From: Rhodobacterales bacterium
Lineage (GTDB): Bacteria; Pseudomonadota; Alphaproteobacteria; Rhodobacterales; Rhodobacteraceae
Direction of reading: 5' to 3'
Length of the DNA: 64,000 nt
Assembly (NCBI GenBank): GCA_038207585.1
Contig: JBBQZP010000023.1
Coordinates: 323 to 64,322 of the forward strand
The notes under the pieces were generated by a model that saw only the letters and a list, made by a program, of their open reading frames with translations, did not search any database and was not told where the DNA came from. This document shows positions 9,962-20,016 of the stretch, one piece after another (within the stretch, counting starts at the first letter, position 1; each line of letters opens with the position of its first letter). Both the position numbers and the translations under genes were made by a program.

Positions 9962-11257
9962 ATGAAGATTGTGAACCTGTGGGCCGTCGGGATGGCACTG
10001 CTGCCGTTTGCGGCGCAGGCCCAGACCGAGATTTCCTGGTGGCATGCCATGACGGGCGCGAACTCCGAGGTCGTGGACAAAATCGCCAGCGATTTCAACG
10101 CAAGCCAGACCGAATATGTGGTCAAGCCCGTGTTCAAGGGCACCTATCCCGAAACGCTGAACGCGGGCATCGCTGCGTTCCGCGCGGGCCAGGCCCCTGA
10201 CATCATTCAGGTGTTCGATGTGGGCACCGGTGTGATGATGGGCGCGCAAGGCGCGATCAAGCCGGTCGCCGAAGTGCTGAGCGATGCGGGCTTCACCTTT
10301 GACAAAAGCGCGTATCTGCCGGGGATTGTCGGCTATTACTCCAGCCCCGAAGGCGAGATGCTGTCGTTTCCCTACAACTCTTCCTCGCCGATCCTTTACT
10401 ACAACAAGGATATCTTCGAGAAGGCCGGGCTGGACGTGAACGCCCCGCCCAAGACCTGGGCCGAAGTCTGGGCCGCTGCCCGCCAGATCAAATCCAGCGG
10501 GGCCGCCACCTGCGGCTACACCTCGACCTGGCTGACCTGGATTCACACCGAGAATTTTGCGGCGTGGAACAATGTCTCGTGGGCCAGCAACGAGAACGGT
10601 CTGGCAGGCACGCCGGAACTGGCGATCGACGGGCCGCTGTTCGTCAAGCATTTTCAGGAACTTGCCGATCTGGGCAAGGAAGGCGTCTTCGTCTACGGCG
10701 GGCGCACCTCCGAGGCCAAGCAGAACTTCACCTCGGGTGAATGTGGCATCCTGACCGAAAGCTCGGGCGGTTTGGGCGACATCGTCAAGTCGGGCATCAA
10801 CTACGGCATCGGCCAGCTGCCCTATGATGAAACCGCCGAAGGTGCGCCACAGAACACCACACCGGGCGGGGCCTCGCTCTGGGTGATGGGGGGCAAGTCG
10901 GACGAGGTTTACAAGGGCGTCGGCACTTTCTTCAACTATCTGTCGCAGACCCCGGTGCAGCAGTTCCTGCACGAACAGTCGGGTTATCTGCCGGTGACCA
11001 CGGCCGCCTACGAGGCGACCAAGGCCTCGGGCTTCTACGATACGAACCCCGCGCGTGAAGTGCCGATCCTGCAGATGTCCGGCAAGACGCCGACCGAAAA
11101 CTCCAAGGGGGTGCGGGCGCCGAACCTGCCGCAGCTGCGTGACATCCAGAACGAGGAGTACGAGAAGATGCTCGCTGGCGAGCAGACCGCCGAGCAGGCC
11201 CTGAAGGCCGCAGCCGAGCGTGGCAACGCCGCGATCAAGGAAGCATCGGGCGGCTGA
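9962..11257 (+). CDS. ugpB: sn-glycerol-3-phosphate ABC transporter substrate-binding protein
   Basis: ATG at 9962 follows GGGAGGAG. Signal peptide MKIVNLWAVGMALLPFAAQA. Strong UgpB-like sequence (EISWWHAMTG…FNASQ…PDIIQVFDVGT). Followed by ugpAEC. Confidence 0.85.
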   Translation: MKIVNLWAVGMALLPFAAQAQTEISWWHAMTGANSEVVDKIASDFNASQTEYVVKPVFKGTYPETLNAGIAAFRAGQAPDIIQVFDVGTGVMMGAQGAIKPVAEVLSDAGFTFDKSAYLPGIVGYYSSPEGEMLSFPYNSSSPILYYNKDIFEKAGLDVNAPPKTWAEVWAAARQIKSSGAATCGYTSTWLTWIHTENFAAWNNVSWASNENGLAGTPELAIDGPLFVKHFQELADLGKEGVFVYGGRTSEAKQNFTSGECGILTESSGGLGDIVKSGINYGIGQLPYDETAEGAPQNTTPGGASLWVMGGKSDEVYKGVGTFFNYLSQTPVQQFLHEQSGYLPVTTAAYEATKASGFYDTNPAREVPILQMSGKTPTENSKGVRAPNLPQLRDIQNEEYEKMLAGEQTAEQALKAAAERGNAAIKEASGG

Positions 11258-11271
11258 ACCATCTAGCGATG

Positions 11272-11304
11272 GCGCGCACCGGCGGCTAACGGTGCGCGCT
11301 TTTT
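11272..11304 (+). terminator. intra-operon stem-loop plus T-tract after ugpB
   Basis: GCGCGCACCG-(8 nt loop)-CGGTGCGCGC is a perfect 10-bp stem followed by TTTTT. It lies 15 nt after the ugpB stop and 27 nt before ugpA. Confidence 0.65.
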
Positions 11305-11330
11305 GATGGCCTGCAAGGCAAGGATTATCT

Positions 11331-12212
11331 ATGCGACGGACAGTTTTTCCGCACAAGGTTCTGCCTTGGCTCTTGCTGGCACCCCAGTTGGCAATCACGA
11401 TTATCTTCTTTTACTGGCCCGCCGCGCAGGCGTTCCGGCAATCGGTGCTGCGGGAAGACCCGTTCGGGCTAAGCAGCACTTTTGTCGGGCTGGCCAATTT
11501 CCGCAAGGTGCTGAGCGATCCCAGCTATCTGAACTCGATCAAGGTCACGGCTGTCTTTTCGATCCTGGTGGCGTTTTGTGCGCTGGCTGTCGCGCTGTTT
11601 CTGGCCGTACAGGCGGAAAAGATCGTGCGTGGCAAGGGGTTCTACCGCACCCTGATGATCTGGCCCTATGCGGTTGCCCCGGCCATAGCGGGAATGCTGT
11701 GGCTTTTCATGTTCAACCCGTCATTCGGCACCCTGGCCTGGCCGCTGCGTCAGATGGGGATTGCCTGGAACCCGCTGCTGGACAGCGAACAGGCGATGGC
11801 ATTGGTGGTGGCGGCGGCGACGTGGAAGCAGATCAGCTACAACTTCCTGTTCTTCATAGCCGGACTTCAGGCGATTCCCAAATCCCTGCTTGAGGCCGCG
11901 GCAATCGACGGCGCGAGCCGCGGGCATGCGTTCCGGACCATCGTCTTTCCGCTGCTGGCACCGACCACCTTTTTCCTGCTGGTGGTAAACACGGTTTATG
12001 CGCTGTTCGACACCTTTGGCATCATCCACGCCGTGACCAGCGGCGGGCCGGGAAAAGCGACTGAAACTTTGGTCTACAAGGTTTACAACGACGGTTTCGT
12101 GAACCTGATCATGGGCGATTCCGCGGCGCAATCGGTGATCCTGATGGTGATTGTCATCACGTTGACCGCCTTCCAGTTCCGCTTTATCGAAAGACGGGTG
12201 CATTATGGATAA
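11331..12212 (+). CDS. ugpA: sn-glycerol-3-phosphate ABC transporter permease
   Basis: 293-aa MalF-type permease ([27 protein letters not shown] loop). Gene order is ugpB-A-E-C. Confidence 0.85.
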   Translation: MRRTVFPHKVLPWLLLAPQLAITIIFFYWPAAQAFRQSVLREDPFGLSSTFVGLANFRKVLSDPSYLNSIKVTAVFSILVAFCALAVALFLAVQAEKIVRGKGFYRTLMIWPYAVAPAIAGMLWLFMFNPSFGTLAWPLRQMGIAWNPLLDSEQAMALVVAAATWKQISYNFLFFIAGLQAIPKSLLEAAAIDGASRGHAFRTIVFPLLAPTTFFLLVVNTVYALFDTFGIIHAVTSGGPGKATETLVYKVYNDGFVNLIMGDSAAQSVILMVIVITLTAFQFRFIERRVHYG

Positions 12213-13074
12213 CGCCGCGCACACGCCCCTCGCCGCGCGCGGACCGGCGCGGATGATGGCGCATTTGTGGATGATTCTTGGCGTGATCATCGTGGCCTTT
12301 CCGATTTATTACGTCGTGATCGCCTCGACCCATTCGACCCAGACCATCCTGCGCCCGCCCCTGCCTTTGCTGCCGGGGCCGGAAGCATTCCAGAACTATG
12401 ACGAGGCGTTTTCCGGTGGGATAGGCCGGATCGGCGGGGTCAGCCTGTGGCGACTGCTGGGTAACACGACGCTGATCGCGATGGGCATTGCGCTGGGGAA
12501 GATCGCGATCTCGATGGCGTCGGCCTATGCCATTGTCTTTTTCCGCTTTCCCCTGCGGATGGCCTGCTTCTGGTTGATCTTCATCACCCTGATGTTGCCG
12601 GTCGAGGTGCGGATCCAGCCGACCTACAAGGTGATGGTCGATCTGGGCCTGATCGACACCTATGCCGGTCTGATCCTGCCGCTGATCGCGTCTGCAACCG
12701 CCACGCTGCTGTTCCGGCAGTTTTTCATGACCATACCGGATGAACTGCTGGAGGCCGCGCGGGTCGATGGTGCGGGGCCGTGGCGGTTTTTCAAGGATAT
12801 CCTGTGGCCGCTGTCGCTGACCAATGTGGCGGCGATCTTCGTGATCCAGTTCATCTATGGCTGGACGCAATACTTGTGGCCGCTGTTGGTCACCAATTCC
12901 AACGAGATGAACACCATCGTCATCGCGCTGAAGAAGATGATCTCTTTTGCCGATGCCGATACCCCCTGGAACCTTGTCATGGTGACTTCCGTGCTGGCCA
13001 TCCTGCCGCCGATCCTTGTGGTCGTGGTGATGCAGCGGTGGTTCGTGAAGGGCCTTGTCGAGACGGAGAAGTAA
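12205..13074 (+). CDS. ugpE: sn-glycerol-3-phosphate ABC transporter permease
   Basis: 289-aa MalG-type permease ([23 protein letters not shown]). Overlaps the ugpA stop by 8 nt. Confidence 0.85.
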   Translation: MDNAAHTPLAARGPARMMAHLWMILGVIIVAFPIYYVVIASTHSTQTILRPPLPLLPGPEAFQNYDEAFSGGIGRIGGVSLWRLLGNTTLIAMGIALGKIAISMASAYAIVFFRFPLRMACFWLIFITLMLPVEVRIQPTYKVMVDLGLIDTYAGLILPLIASATATLLFRQFFMTIPDELLEAARVDGAGPWRFFKDILWPLSLTNVAAIFVIQFIYGWTQYLWPLLVTNSNEMNTIVIALKKMISFADADTPWNLVMVTSVLAILPPILVVVVMQRWFVKGLVETEK

Positions 13075-14145
13075 ATGGCGCGTATCCTGCTGAACGATCT
13101 GCGGAAAAGTTATGGCGGACAACAGGTGATCCACGGCATCACCATGGACATCCCGAATGGCGAATTCGTGGTGATCGTCGGGCCATCCGGCTGCGGCAAG
13201 TCCACGCTGTTGCGTATGGTCGCGGGGCTGGAAAGCATCACCTCGGGCACCATCAAGATCAACGACAAGGTGGTGAACGATCTTGAACCGCGCCAGCGTG
13301 ACATCGCGATGGTGTTCCAGAACTACGCGCTTTATCCCCATATGAGCGTGCGCGAAAACATGGCATATGGGCTGAAGATCGCAAAGCTGTCCAAGGCCGA
13401 GATTCAGGATTCCGTCGCCCGCGTGGCCGCGATGCTGGAACTTGAGCCCTATCTCGACCGCAGGCCGCGCGATCTGTCGGGGGGGCAGCGTCAGCGGGTT
13501 GCGATGGGCCGGGCCCTTGTGCGCGAACCGTCGGCTTTTCTGCTGGACGAGCCTCTGTCAAACCTTGATGCCAAGCTGCGTGTGCAGATGCGCTTGCAGA
13601 TCAAGGAGTTGCATTTGCGGACCGGGCAGACGACGCTTTATGTGACCCACGATCAGGTCGAGGCGATGACGCTGGCCGACCGTCTGATCGTGATCAACAA
13701 GGGCGTAGCCGAGCAGATCGCCACCCCGCACGAGGTTTACATGAACCCGGCCAGCGAATTCGTCGCCAGCTTCATCGGGTCGCCGGCCATGAACATCTTC
13801 ACCGTCCGCGTCGACGGCGGCTTTGCGGTTCTGCCGGGCGGGCACCGCCTGCCGCTTTCGGGTCTTCCCGCCAACGGGGACTACCGCCTTGGACTGCGCC
13901 CCGAGGATCTGGAACTGGTGGACGCCGCCACGCCTGCTATCCCGGTCGTGCTGCGGTCGGTCGAGTGGCTGGGCGCAGACTCCTTCGGCTACGGCGTCAT
14001 CGAAGGGTCCGACGAGCTTGTGACCCTGCGTCTGTCGGGCAATACCGCTATCGCGCGCGGCGACCGCCTGCACGTCGCCCCCATAGCCGACCGGCTGCAT
14101 TTCTTTGCACCCGACACCGGCAAACGGCTTTCTATCCGGGCCTGA
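13075..14145 (+). CDS. ugpC: sn-glycerol-3-phosphate ABC transporter ATP-binding protein
   Basis: [34 protein letters not shown] and a MalK-like regulatory C-terminus. The ATG directly follows the ugpE TAA. Confidence 0.85.
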   Translation: MARILLNDLRKSYGGQQVIHGITMDIPNGEFVVIVGPSGCGKSTLLRMVAGLESITSGTIKINDKVVNDLEPRQRDIAMVFQNYALYPHMSVRENMAYGLKIAKLSKAEIQDSVARVAAMLELEPYLDRRPRDLSGGQRQRVAMGRALVREPSAFLLDEPLSNLDAKLRVQMRLQIKELHLRTGQTTLYVTHDQVEAMTLADRLIVINKGVAEQIATPHEVYMNPASEFVASFIGSPAMNIFTVRVDGGFAVLPGGHRLPLSGLPANGDYRLGLRPEDLELVDAATPAIPVVLRSVEWLGADSFGYGVIEGSDELVTLRLSGNTAIARGDRLHVAPIADRLHFFAPDTGKRLSIRA

Positions 14146-14150
14146 CTGCG

Positions 14151-15803
14151 TCAGACGGGAATCCGCTTCAACCGCGTTTCCAGCAGCTCGCCGCTTTCAG
14201 TCAGGATCGGGTAGGCGACCGTGATAAAGCATGTGTTGATCTGCTTCAATTCGCGCAACGTCTCCAGATGGATGTTTGACGTGGTCGAGGTTTCCGGATT
14301 GCCGTCCCGCAAGCGATCAAGATGTGCGTGCTGATAGAATCGCTCCAGCTGACGCGCACGCTCTTTCTGGCGCACCAATTCAAGAGCCGCTGCGGGATTG
14401 CCCGACATCTGCACATGCAGCGCCGCCTGCGCGTTGGTCAGCACAAAGTCATGGAACTCCGACAGATCGTCATATCCCCGGTCCGAAAAGTTCAGCCCCT
14501 CGGCGTTCAGCTTCTTGGCAAGGCCCAGGGTCAAGCGGACGACCGAATCTCCGGCAGATTCGTAGAGCGCGGCCTGATCCAGAAGCTCGTTCACCTGTCG
14601 CGTCAGGTCCTGATCCACACCGCGCACATCCAGTTGGGCAAGATAGGTCTTGGTGGCGCTGTACATCTGGTCCAGCCGCATTTCGGTTTCCGACAAGCTC
14701 GCCGCGACGGTCGGGTCCCATTTCGTGAAAAGCGGCATAACCGGACGCAGCATCGACTCGGCCAGCTCGCCCATGTGAAGCACCTCGCGCGCGGCGCATG
14801 CCAGCGCCCGTTGGGGATTGTCAAGGGCAGCAGGATCAAGCGCGCTTGGCCGCTCTTCGGTTGTTCCGGCGACAGGTTCGCGGATCACCATGGCGACCGC
14901 GCGCTGCAACGGTGCGATTAGCGGTAAACCCACAATCGCGACGGCCACGTTGAAGATCAGATGCAGGTTGATCACCTGCTGACCCGCCGAAGAGCCCAGC
15001 CAAGACCAGTCGTGCGGTGCCAGGATCAGCGCGGTCAGGCAGGCAGCCGCACCGCCGCCGCGCAGTATCGCATTCGACCAAACCATCTGCCGGGCCCCCG
15101 CAGCCGCGCCCAGCGTCAGCGTGATCGCGATGAAACTGCCTCCCAGATTGGCCCCCAGTACGACCGCCGCTGCCACCGGAACCGACAGAATGCCCTGTGC
15201 GGCAAAGGTCATTACCAGAAGGATCGCCGCGACCGAGGAATGGACGACCCAGGCCAGCAGCGCGCCCAGCACGAACGCCGACACAGGATCGCGCTGCAGG
15301 TAAACGGCGACGGTCTGCAACCCCGAGAATTCGCGGATCGGGCCGCTTGCCTCGGCAATCATTCCAAGCGCGACGAAGACCAACGCGAGGCCGATCAGGA
15401 TCCGTCCGATCTGCCGTCCGGGCTTTTCCTGCGACCGCAGGAACGTGGCGACCCCGGCCAGCAACAGCAATGGCGCCAGCCAAGATGGGCGCAGAACCAG
15501 AGCCTGAACGACCATCGCCGATCCGATATCAGCCCCGAGCAGCATGGAAAGACCGACACCAGCCGAAATTGCCCCCGTGGTGATGAATCCCGAAGCCATG
15601 ACCGCAAGCGCCGTCGCACTTTGCAGCAACAGTGCGACAATGGCCCCGCTCCCCGCCGCAACAATCCGATTTTCCGCCGAAGCGCGCAGCCAGCGTCGAA
15701 GCTGCACAGCAAAGGCCCGCTCGACGCCGGTTCGGACCATGCGAACTGCGTAAACAAGTAAAGCCGCCGCAGCTGCGACGTTCAAAAGAAAGACCAACAT
15801 CAT
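14151..15803 (-). CDS. Na/Pi cotransporter family protein with C-terminal PhoU-like helical domain
   Basis: Start trimmed to MMLVFLLNVAAAAALLVYAVRMVRTGVERAF (typical NptA-family N-terminus). Duplicated Na_Pi_cotrans halves are followed by a soluble ~220-aa helical domain. Confidence 0.8.
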   Translation of the reverse strand: MMLVFLLNVAAAAALLVYAVRMVRTGVERAFAVQLRRWLRASAENRIVAAGSGAIVALLLQSATALAVMASGFITTGAISAGVGLSMLLGADIGSAMVVQALVLRPSWLAPLLLLAGVATFLRSQEKPGRQIGRILIGLALVFVALGMIAEASGPIREFSGLQTVAVYLQRDPVSAFVLGALLAWVVHSSVAAILLVMTFAAQGILSVPVAAAVVLGANLGGSFIAITLTLGAAAGARQMVWSNAILRGGGAAACLTALILAPHDWSWLGSSAGQQVINLHLIFNVAVAIVGLPLIAPLQRAVAMVIREPVAGTTEERPSALDPAALDNPQRALACAAREVLHMGELAESMLRPVMPLFTKWDPTVAASLSETEMRLDQMYSATKTYLAQLDVRGVDQDLTRQVNELLDQAALYESAGDSVVRLTLGLAKKLNAEGLNFSDRGYDDLSEFHDFVLTNAQAALHVQMSGNPAAALELVRQKERARQLERFYQHAHLDRLRDGNPETSTTSNIHLETLRELKQINTCFITVAYPILTESGELLETRLKRIPV

Positions 15804-16116
15804 GTTCTCGCTACGATTTTCGCCTCGCAAGTTTGTCGTGCGAGGGCTGAGAGGCATCTGCCGCCGTTGGTATGTAACAAATTCATGACAGCCTGTCTTG
15901 TGGAAATCTGCTGCGGTTCCCATCACTTGATAAGCGGCAGGCGTGTTATATTAATGGGACTGTTGCACGCGATGGCTGTAGTGCCCGATAAAATCTCGCC
16001 TACAATTCCTGGACAACGAAGGCGCGGCCTGCCGGAACTGAAACAGATACGGCATGCGATTGCGTTGATGCACATGGCGGAAACGCTGGTGCTTTTGAAA
16101 CAAGCGGAAAGCTATT

Positions 16117-16142
16117 TTCACTTCACTTCACCTCACTTCACC
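16117..16142. repeat. short pentanucleotide tandem repeat (CTTCA/CCTCA x5)
   Basis: ttca-cttca-cttca-cctca-cttca-cc read directly. It sits in an AT-richer ORF-poor stretch between the Na/Pi gene and the truncated SDR. Confidence 0.4.
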
Positions 16143-16224
16143 TTGGGCGACGCAAGCCATAACCCGATGTTTTCGTGGGCCGAAGACGATGCCTTGGCCG
16201 ATCTATTTCGGCCCTACACGATAG

Positions 16225-16899
16225 AGCCATTCCTGCACGGGCGGGACCGTCGGCATGGGCCGCGCAGCCGGGCAGGAAGTCGCGGCGACCGGTGGTAAGG
16301 CGAACTTCATGGGCAGCGACGCCTCAGATACAGGCGCAGTTCATGCCGCAGTCGCCGGGGTTGCGGATCGTTGGGGGCGGATCGACATGTTGTTCAACCA
16401 TGCGGGCAGCAACATCGTGAAACCGCTGCATGAGACGACCAATGCGGATTGTGACCGACTCATGGCGATCAACGTCAGGTCAGCTTTCGTCACCGGCCGC
16501 GAGGTCGTGGCGCATATGCTGGACGATGGCGGCGGGTCGATTGTCATCGCCTCGTCCATCGGTGGCGAGAAGGGCTTTGCGCTGGAAAGCCTGTATTGCA
16601 TGACCAAAGGTGCCGTCCTGCAACTGGCCCGTTCCATCGCGGCCAAATACCGCGACCGGGTCATCCGCGCCAATGCGGTGTGTCCGGCATTTGTGAAAAC
16701 CGATCACGGGTTGCGGGAAATCAAGGAATTGGACGGGCTGGACCAACAGTGGAACGAGTCAGATCTGGCCGCCGCAAAGGGCCGAATCTGCGAACCCGAA
16801 GACGTTGCCGCAGCCGCAATATTTCTCGCATCTGACGAGGCCAGCTTCATCAACGGAACGCCCCTTTACGTCGACAACGGCTGGAATGCCAAAGGCTGA
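16225..16899 (+). pseudogene. short-chain dehydrogenase/reductase, apparently 5'-truncated
   Basis: The frame opens right after the TAG at 16222-16224 as SHSCTGGTVGMGRAAG…. The TGxxxGxG cofactor motif therefore sits at the very start, with no start codon upstream and no first beta-strand. The only ATG (16255) lies inside the motif. The rest is a normal SDR (NHAGS, YCMTKGAV catalytic Y-x3-K). Confidence 0.55.
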
Positions 16900-16977
16900 A
16901 CACCAACGGAAAGAGCACCATGAATATCGCTCAGTAACTGATTGACGCAACCGCTTTAAGCCTCGCTGACATTCGAG

Positions 16978-17682
16978 GTGGAGTCCACCGATCCGATCGA
17001 GGTCATGATCGCGGACTGGCCATCAATGCAGGTCCATGCTGAGTCCCTGAACATCATCCTGTCCACGGCGGGCTACAACGTGGAAAAGGTCATCGCAGAC
17101 GACAGTGCGCGGTATCCCGACTTTGAGGTGGGCGATCTGCACATCGCGCTGGAAACCTGGCAGACCACGCAGAAATCGGCGTTTACCGCCTCGGTCGCGA
17201 CCGGCAAGGTGCTGGACATCGGCGAAACTGGCACCAAGGCCAAGGAAGAGTGGTGGTATCCGATCTACATGAAAGAGCAATGCCGCGGTCTTCAGGCATG
17301 GGAGTGGTTGAAAGGCTGTGCCGAGCTGTTTTCCACCCCCGAAACCTCGCCGCAACGGCGCTAACTTTCGGGTTCCATGGCCTGGGGTGGTTGGGATGCC
17401 AAACTGAAATCCGCCTCTGAACGCAAGAGACCCATCCTTTTGTGGATCTACAAGCCGCATTGGGCCCCTTCGGTGTTCGAGGGCGAATATGTCGAATTCC
17501 CGAAATATGAGGCCGCCTGCTATGAAGACCCGGACTGGGGTGTGAACCCAGATGCACTTTATGATTGCGGCAGGCCCGAGGGTTGGATCAAGAAGATGTC
17601 CTGGGCAGAGGGCGAGGCGAAATGGCCTTGCGCGTATGAAATCGTGCGCAACTTCACCATGGATGGCAATAAAGTCGGAAAC
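16978..17682 (+). pseudogene. glycine betaine-type (ProX-like) substrate-binding protein gene, no signal peptide, in-frame TAA at 17362-17364, 3' end replaced
   Basis: ORFs 16978.. and 17377.. share one frame, separated by a TAA. Sequences such as EEWWYPIYMKEQC…AELFSTPET and EGEYVEFPKYEAACYEDPDWG…GWIKKMSWAEGEAKWPCAYEIVRNF resemble ProX-family SBPs. There is an upstream stop at 16957-16959 and no leader peptide. Confidence 0.65.
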
Positions 17683-18032
17683 CTTGCCGCCCATGGTGCA
17701 TGCAGCCGTGTTGGCCCAGCGCTCGTTGCCGTCCGAAATGCACGATTTGGCAGCGCTCTTGGGCTGCACCCGACGGCAGGCGCCGTGGCAAGTGGAGCTG
17801 TCGGTTGCCCTGCCAAAACTGGCCATCAGGTTGAACCAAGTGGTGATGATGTCGCTGAACATGGTGATCATCGCGTCGATGATCGGCGCCGGTGGCTTGG
17901 GGTTTGACGTGCCGACCGCCCTGCGCAAGCTCGATATCAGGGCAGCGTTGAAGGCGGGGCTATCTGACAGTCGTGCTGGACAGGCTGATGCAGGCCGCCG
18001 ACCGCAACAGTGCCACCGGGCGGCGCATCTGA
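17683..18032 (+). pseudogene. ProW-like ABC permease, C-terminal fragment with internal frameshift
   Basis: …QVELSVALPKLAIRLNQVVMMSLNMVIIASMIGAGGLGFDV… is the conserved ProW C-terminal region. The canonical tail VVLDRLMQAAADRNSATGRRI* is only reached in another frame (shift near 17955). Confidence 0.6.
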
Positions 18033-18700
18033 CAGCGGCGCGATCTGTGGTGGCTTCTGGCGCTGGTCGCGCTGCCCGCCATGCTTGGCCTGATGATGCC
18101 GGAACTTGCGCGCTGGACTAAGGCGCTGCTCACCACCAATGCCCCTGTCCGGAATGATCTGGTCAGCTGGATCAATGTGACCCTTTACGCCCCGCTTGAA
18201 TTCCAGAGCACCCTTTGGTTGCTGTGGATCATGTTTCCGCTGCGCGACGCCCTGCTTGCCGCACTAACGGTTGCACTGATCCTTGGCTTTCCGCTGGGTC
18301 TTGGGCTGGCCGGGCGGCCTCGGTTGGCCGAACCCGCGCGACTTGTGCTGGACACGCTTCAAACCTTGCCAGCACTTGTGTAACTGTCGCCCGCGGTGAT
18401 GCTGTTTCGCAATGGCGATTTCGCGGCGCTGATTGCGGTGGCAGGCTATGCCCTTGGTGCGCGCTACGGGATGGAGGGCTTGCCCGCCGCGATGCCGACG
18501 CTGATCCTTGGCGTCAACCAGACCATCATGATGGCGCTGTCGATGCTGGTGATTGCGGCTTTGGTTGGCACATCCGAACCGGTCCAGATGGTGTTTATCA
18601 TGCTATCCCTGGGCAAGACCGGCGCGGGGATCATGCCGGGGCTTGCCGTACAGGAGATGTCCGAAAAATGGTTCAAACATCCGTCAGATGTAAGCTCCTT
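18033..18700 (+). pseudogene. second ProW-like permease gene with stop codon and internal deletions
   Basis: The open frame starts immediately after the preceding TGA without a start codon (QRRDLWWLLALVALPAMLGL…). The sequence …LDTLQTLPALV* is followed by AVMLFRNGDFAALIAVAGYAL…LILGVNQTIMMALSMLVIAALVGTSEP. The conserved blocks are present but the loop regions between them are missing. Confidence 0.55.
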
Positions 18701-18756
18701 GCGCTCCAATGACCGATCGCGTTTGCTGATCAGAACAAGAATTTCGGGAGCGTCGC

Positions 18757-19320
18757 ATGTCACATTTTCCATCAATCCAGAATCTTGAACTTCTTGCCTT
18801 GTTCAAGAAATTCCCGGAGAGGGGCATCTTGCCGCTTTTGGAGTATCACGATGCCATTGTGCGCAACGAAAGCGAACTGACCGTTGCTGAACGCGAGCCG
18901 ATTGTAGCCTGTGTGTCATAATTCAACGGCTCCCTTTATCGCTTTTCGGCGCATCACGTTCACGCCAAGGCATGGAGCATGCTGGCTGAGGTGTTCGGAA
19001 AAGTGCAGGTTGATCTTGATCATCCCGGCGGTCCCGAGCGAATGCGCCCGGTGTTGGCCTATGTGCGCCGACTGACCGTCGATCCAGCGGCGGTGGGCAT
19101 TGCCAATGCGCAAGCTGTCTATGACGTGAGGTTCTTCGAAGAGGGGCTGTTTGACATCATCTCAATGACTTCGCTTTGCTATTTCATGAACCGCATCCTT
19201 GAAGGGGCCGGGATCAAGAAACAGATGCGCGTCATGGAAATGACTCACGAGATGCGCCGCAACTATCGCTACACGCATCTGTGGAGAACCATCTCCAAAG
19301 GTCAGACGCCGCTTGGCTGA
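18757..19320 (+). pseudogene. AhpD-like / carboxymuconolactone decarboxylase-family (peroxidase-related) gene with in-frame TAA at 18919-18921 and lost CxxC motif
   Basis: MSHFPSIQNLELLALFKKFPERGILPLLEYHDAIVRNESELTVAEREPIVACVS*FNGSLYRFSAHH… continues in frame into ORF 18979..19320. Family members have …YVSxxNxCxYCxxxH at this point. Here the cysteines are replaced by S and F. Confidence 0.65.
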
Positions 19321-19919
19321 CCAAAGACCTGCGCGGCTGCGGCAGCGACCGGTTGCAGGTTTGCTGTCGTGGCCCCGGAACGCGCCCGCAACATCAGTCC
19401 GCGCGCGACGGACGCCAGCAACACGGCCAGTACCTCGGGCGGCGTCGGCATGGCGTCTTGCGACATGCGCAGGCGTACAGCAATCTGATGCTCCAGCGCG
19501 GCATACCGGCTGTCGAGTTCAGCGCGGAATATCGGGTTTGCCCCTGCCGCATCCGACAACACGCAGGAAATCAGGCATCCGGGTGTGGTGGCATCCTGCG
19601 TGGCGAGAACGACCGCATGATCGAAAAAATCCGCCAGATCCTGCGCCAGCGTGCCTTTGGGACCAAGGGCAGCAGCCAATGGCACCAAGCGCGTTTTCGC
19701 ATAGTGGTCGATCGCCGCCAGAAATAGCCGCTCTTTGCCACCAAAGGCGCTGTAAAGCGTAGCGCGCGGCATCTGCATCGTCTTGCACAATTGATCAACC
19801 GATGCGGCCACATAGCCCACGGCCCAGAAAAGGCGGGTGGCGGCCTGAATGGCATCGACCGCTTCAAACCCCCTTGGCCGCCCACGAATGCGCGGTTCCG
19901 TTAGCCCAAATTCTGGCAT
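19302..19919 (-). CDS. TetR/AcrR family transcriptional regulator
   Basis: RGRPRGFEAVDAIQAATRLFWAVGYVAASVDQLCKTMQMPRATLYSAFGGKERLF is a typical TetR HTH. The start is ambiguous (ATG at 19919 or 19943). Overlaps the 3' end of the upstream pseudogene by 19 nt. Confidence 0.8.
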   Translation of the reverse strand: MPEFGLTEPRIRGRPRGFEAVDAIQAATRLFWAVGYVAASVDQLCKTMQMPRATLYSAFGGKERLFLAAIDHYAKTRLVPLAAALGPKGTLAQDLADFFDHAVVLATQDATTPGCLISCVLSDAAGANPIFRAELDSRYAALEHQIAVRLRMSQDAMPTPPEVLAVLLASVARGLMLRARSGATTANLQPVAAAAAQVFGQPSGV

Positions 19920-19984
19920 TACATCACTTCTTTTTGAAACCATCGTTCCGAAAATGGGTGGCGCCGAGCCACGAGTCAATTTAT

Positions 19985-19998
19985 AGAACAATCATTCT
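19985..19998. promoter_or_regulatory. candidate TetR operator (imperfect palindrome AGAACAATCATTCT)
   Basis: 10 of 14 positions are self-complementary. It lies in the AT-rich divergent spacer between the TetR gene and the frameshifted CMD gene. Purely positional inference. Confidence 0.25.
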
Positions 19999-20016
19999 TT
20001 TATTTATTAGACTGAC

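Noticed and set aside
9716-11398. 560-aa minus-strand ORF overlapping all of ugpB
   Set aside because: Arg/Gly/Ala/His-rich low-complexity translation with no motifs. It is the typical antisense open frame of a high-GC gene. The plus-strand UgpB reading is unambiguous.
12184-13341. 385-aa minus-strand ORF across ugpE/ugpC
   Set aside because: Low-complexity Arg/Asp/His/Gln-rich antisense frame.
16117-16142. Pentamer tandem repeat as a phase-variation tract
   Set aside because: There are only about five imperfect units. It is not inside or immediately upstream of an intact gene, so it was noted only as a minor repeat.
15867-16298. 143-aa ORF in the AT-richer gap between the Na/Pi gene and the SDR
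   Set aside because: No family resemblance, and it contains the pentamer repeat. Its 3' part is simply an alternative frame of the SDR 5' region.
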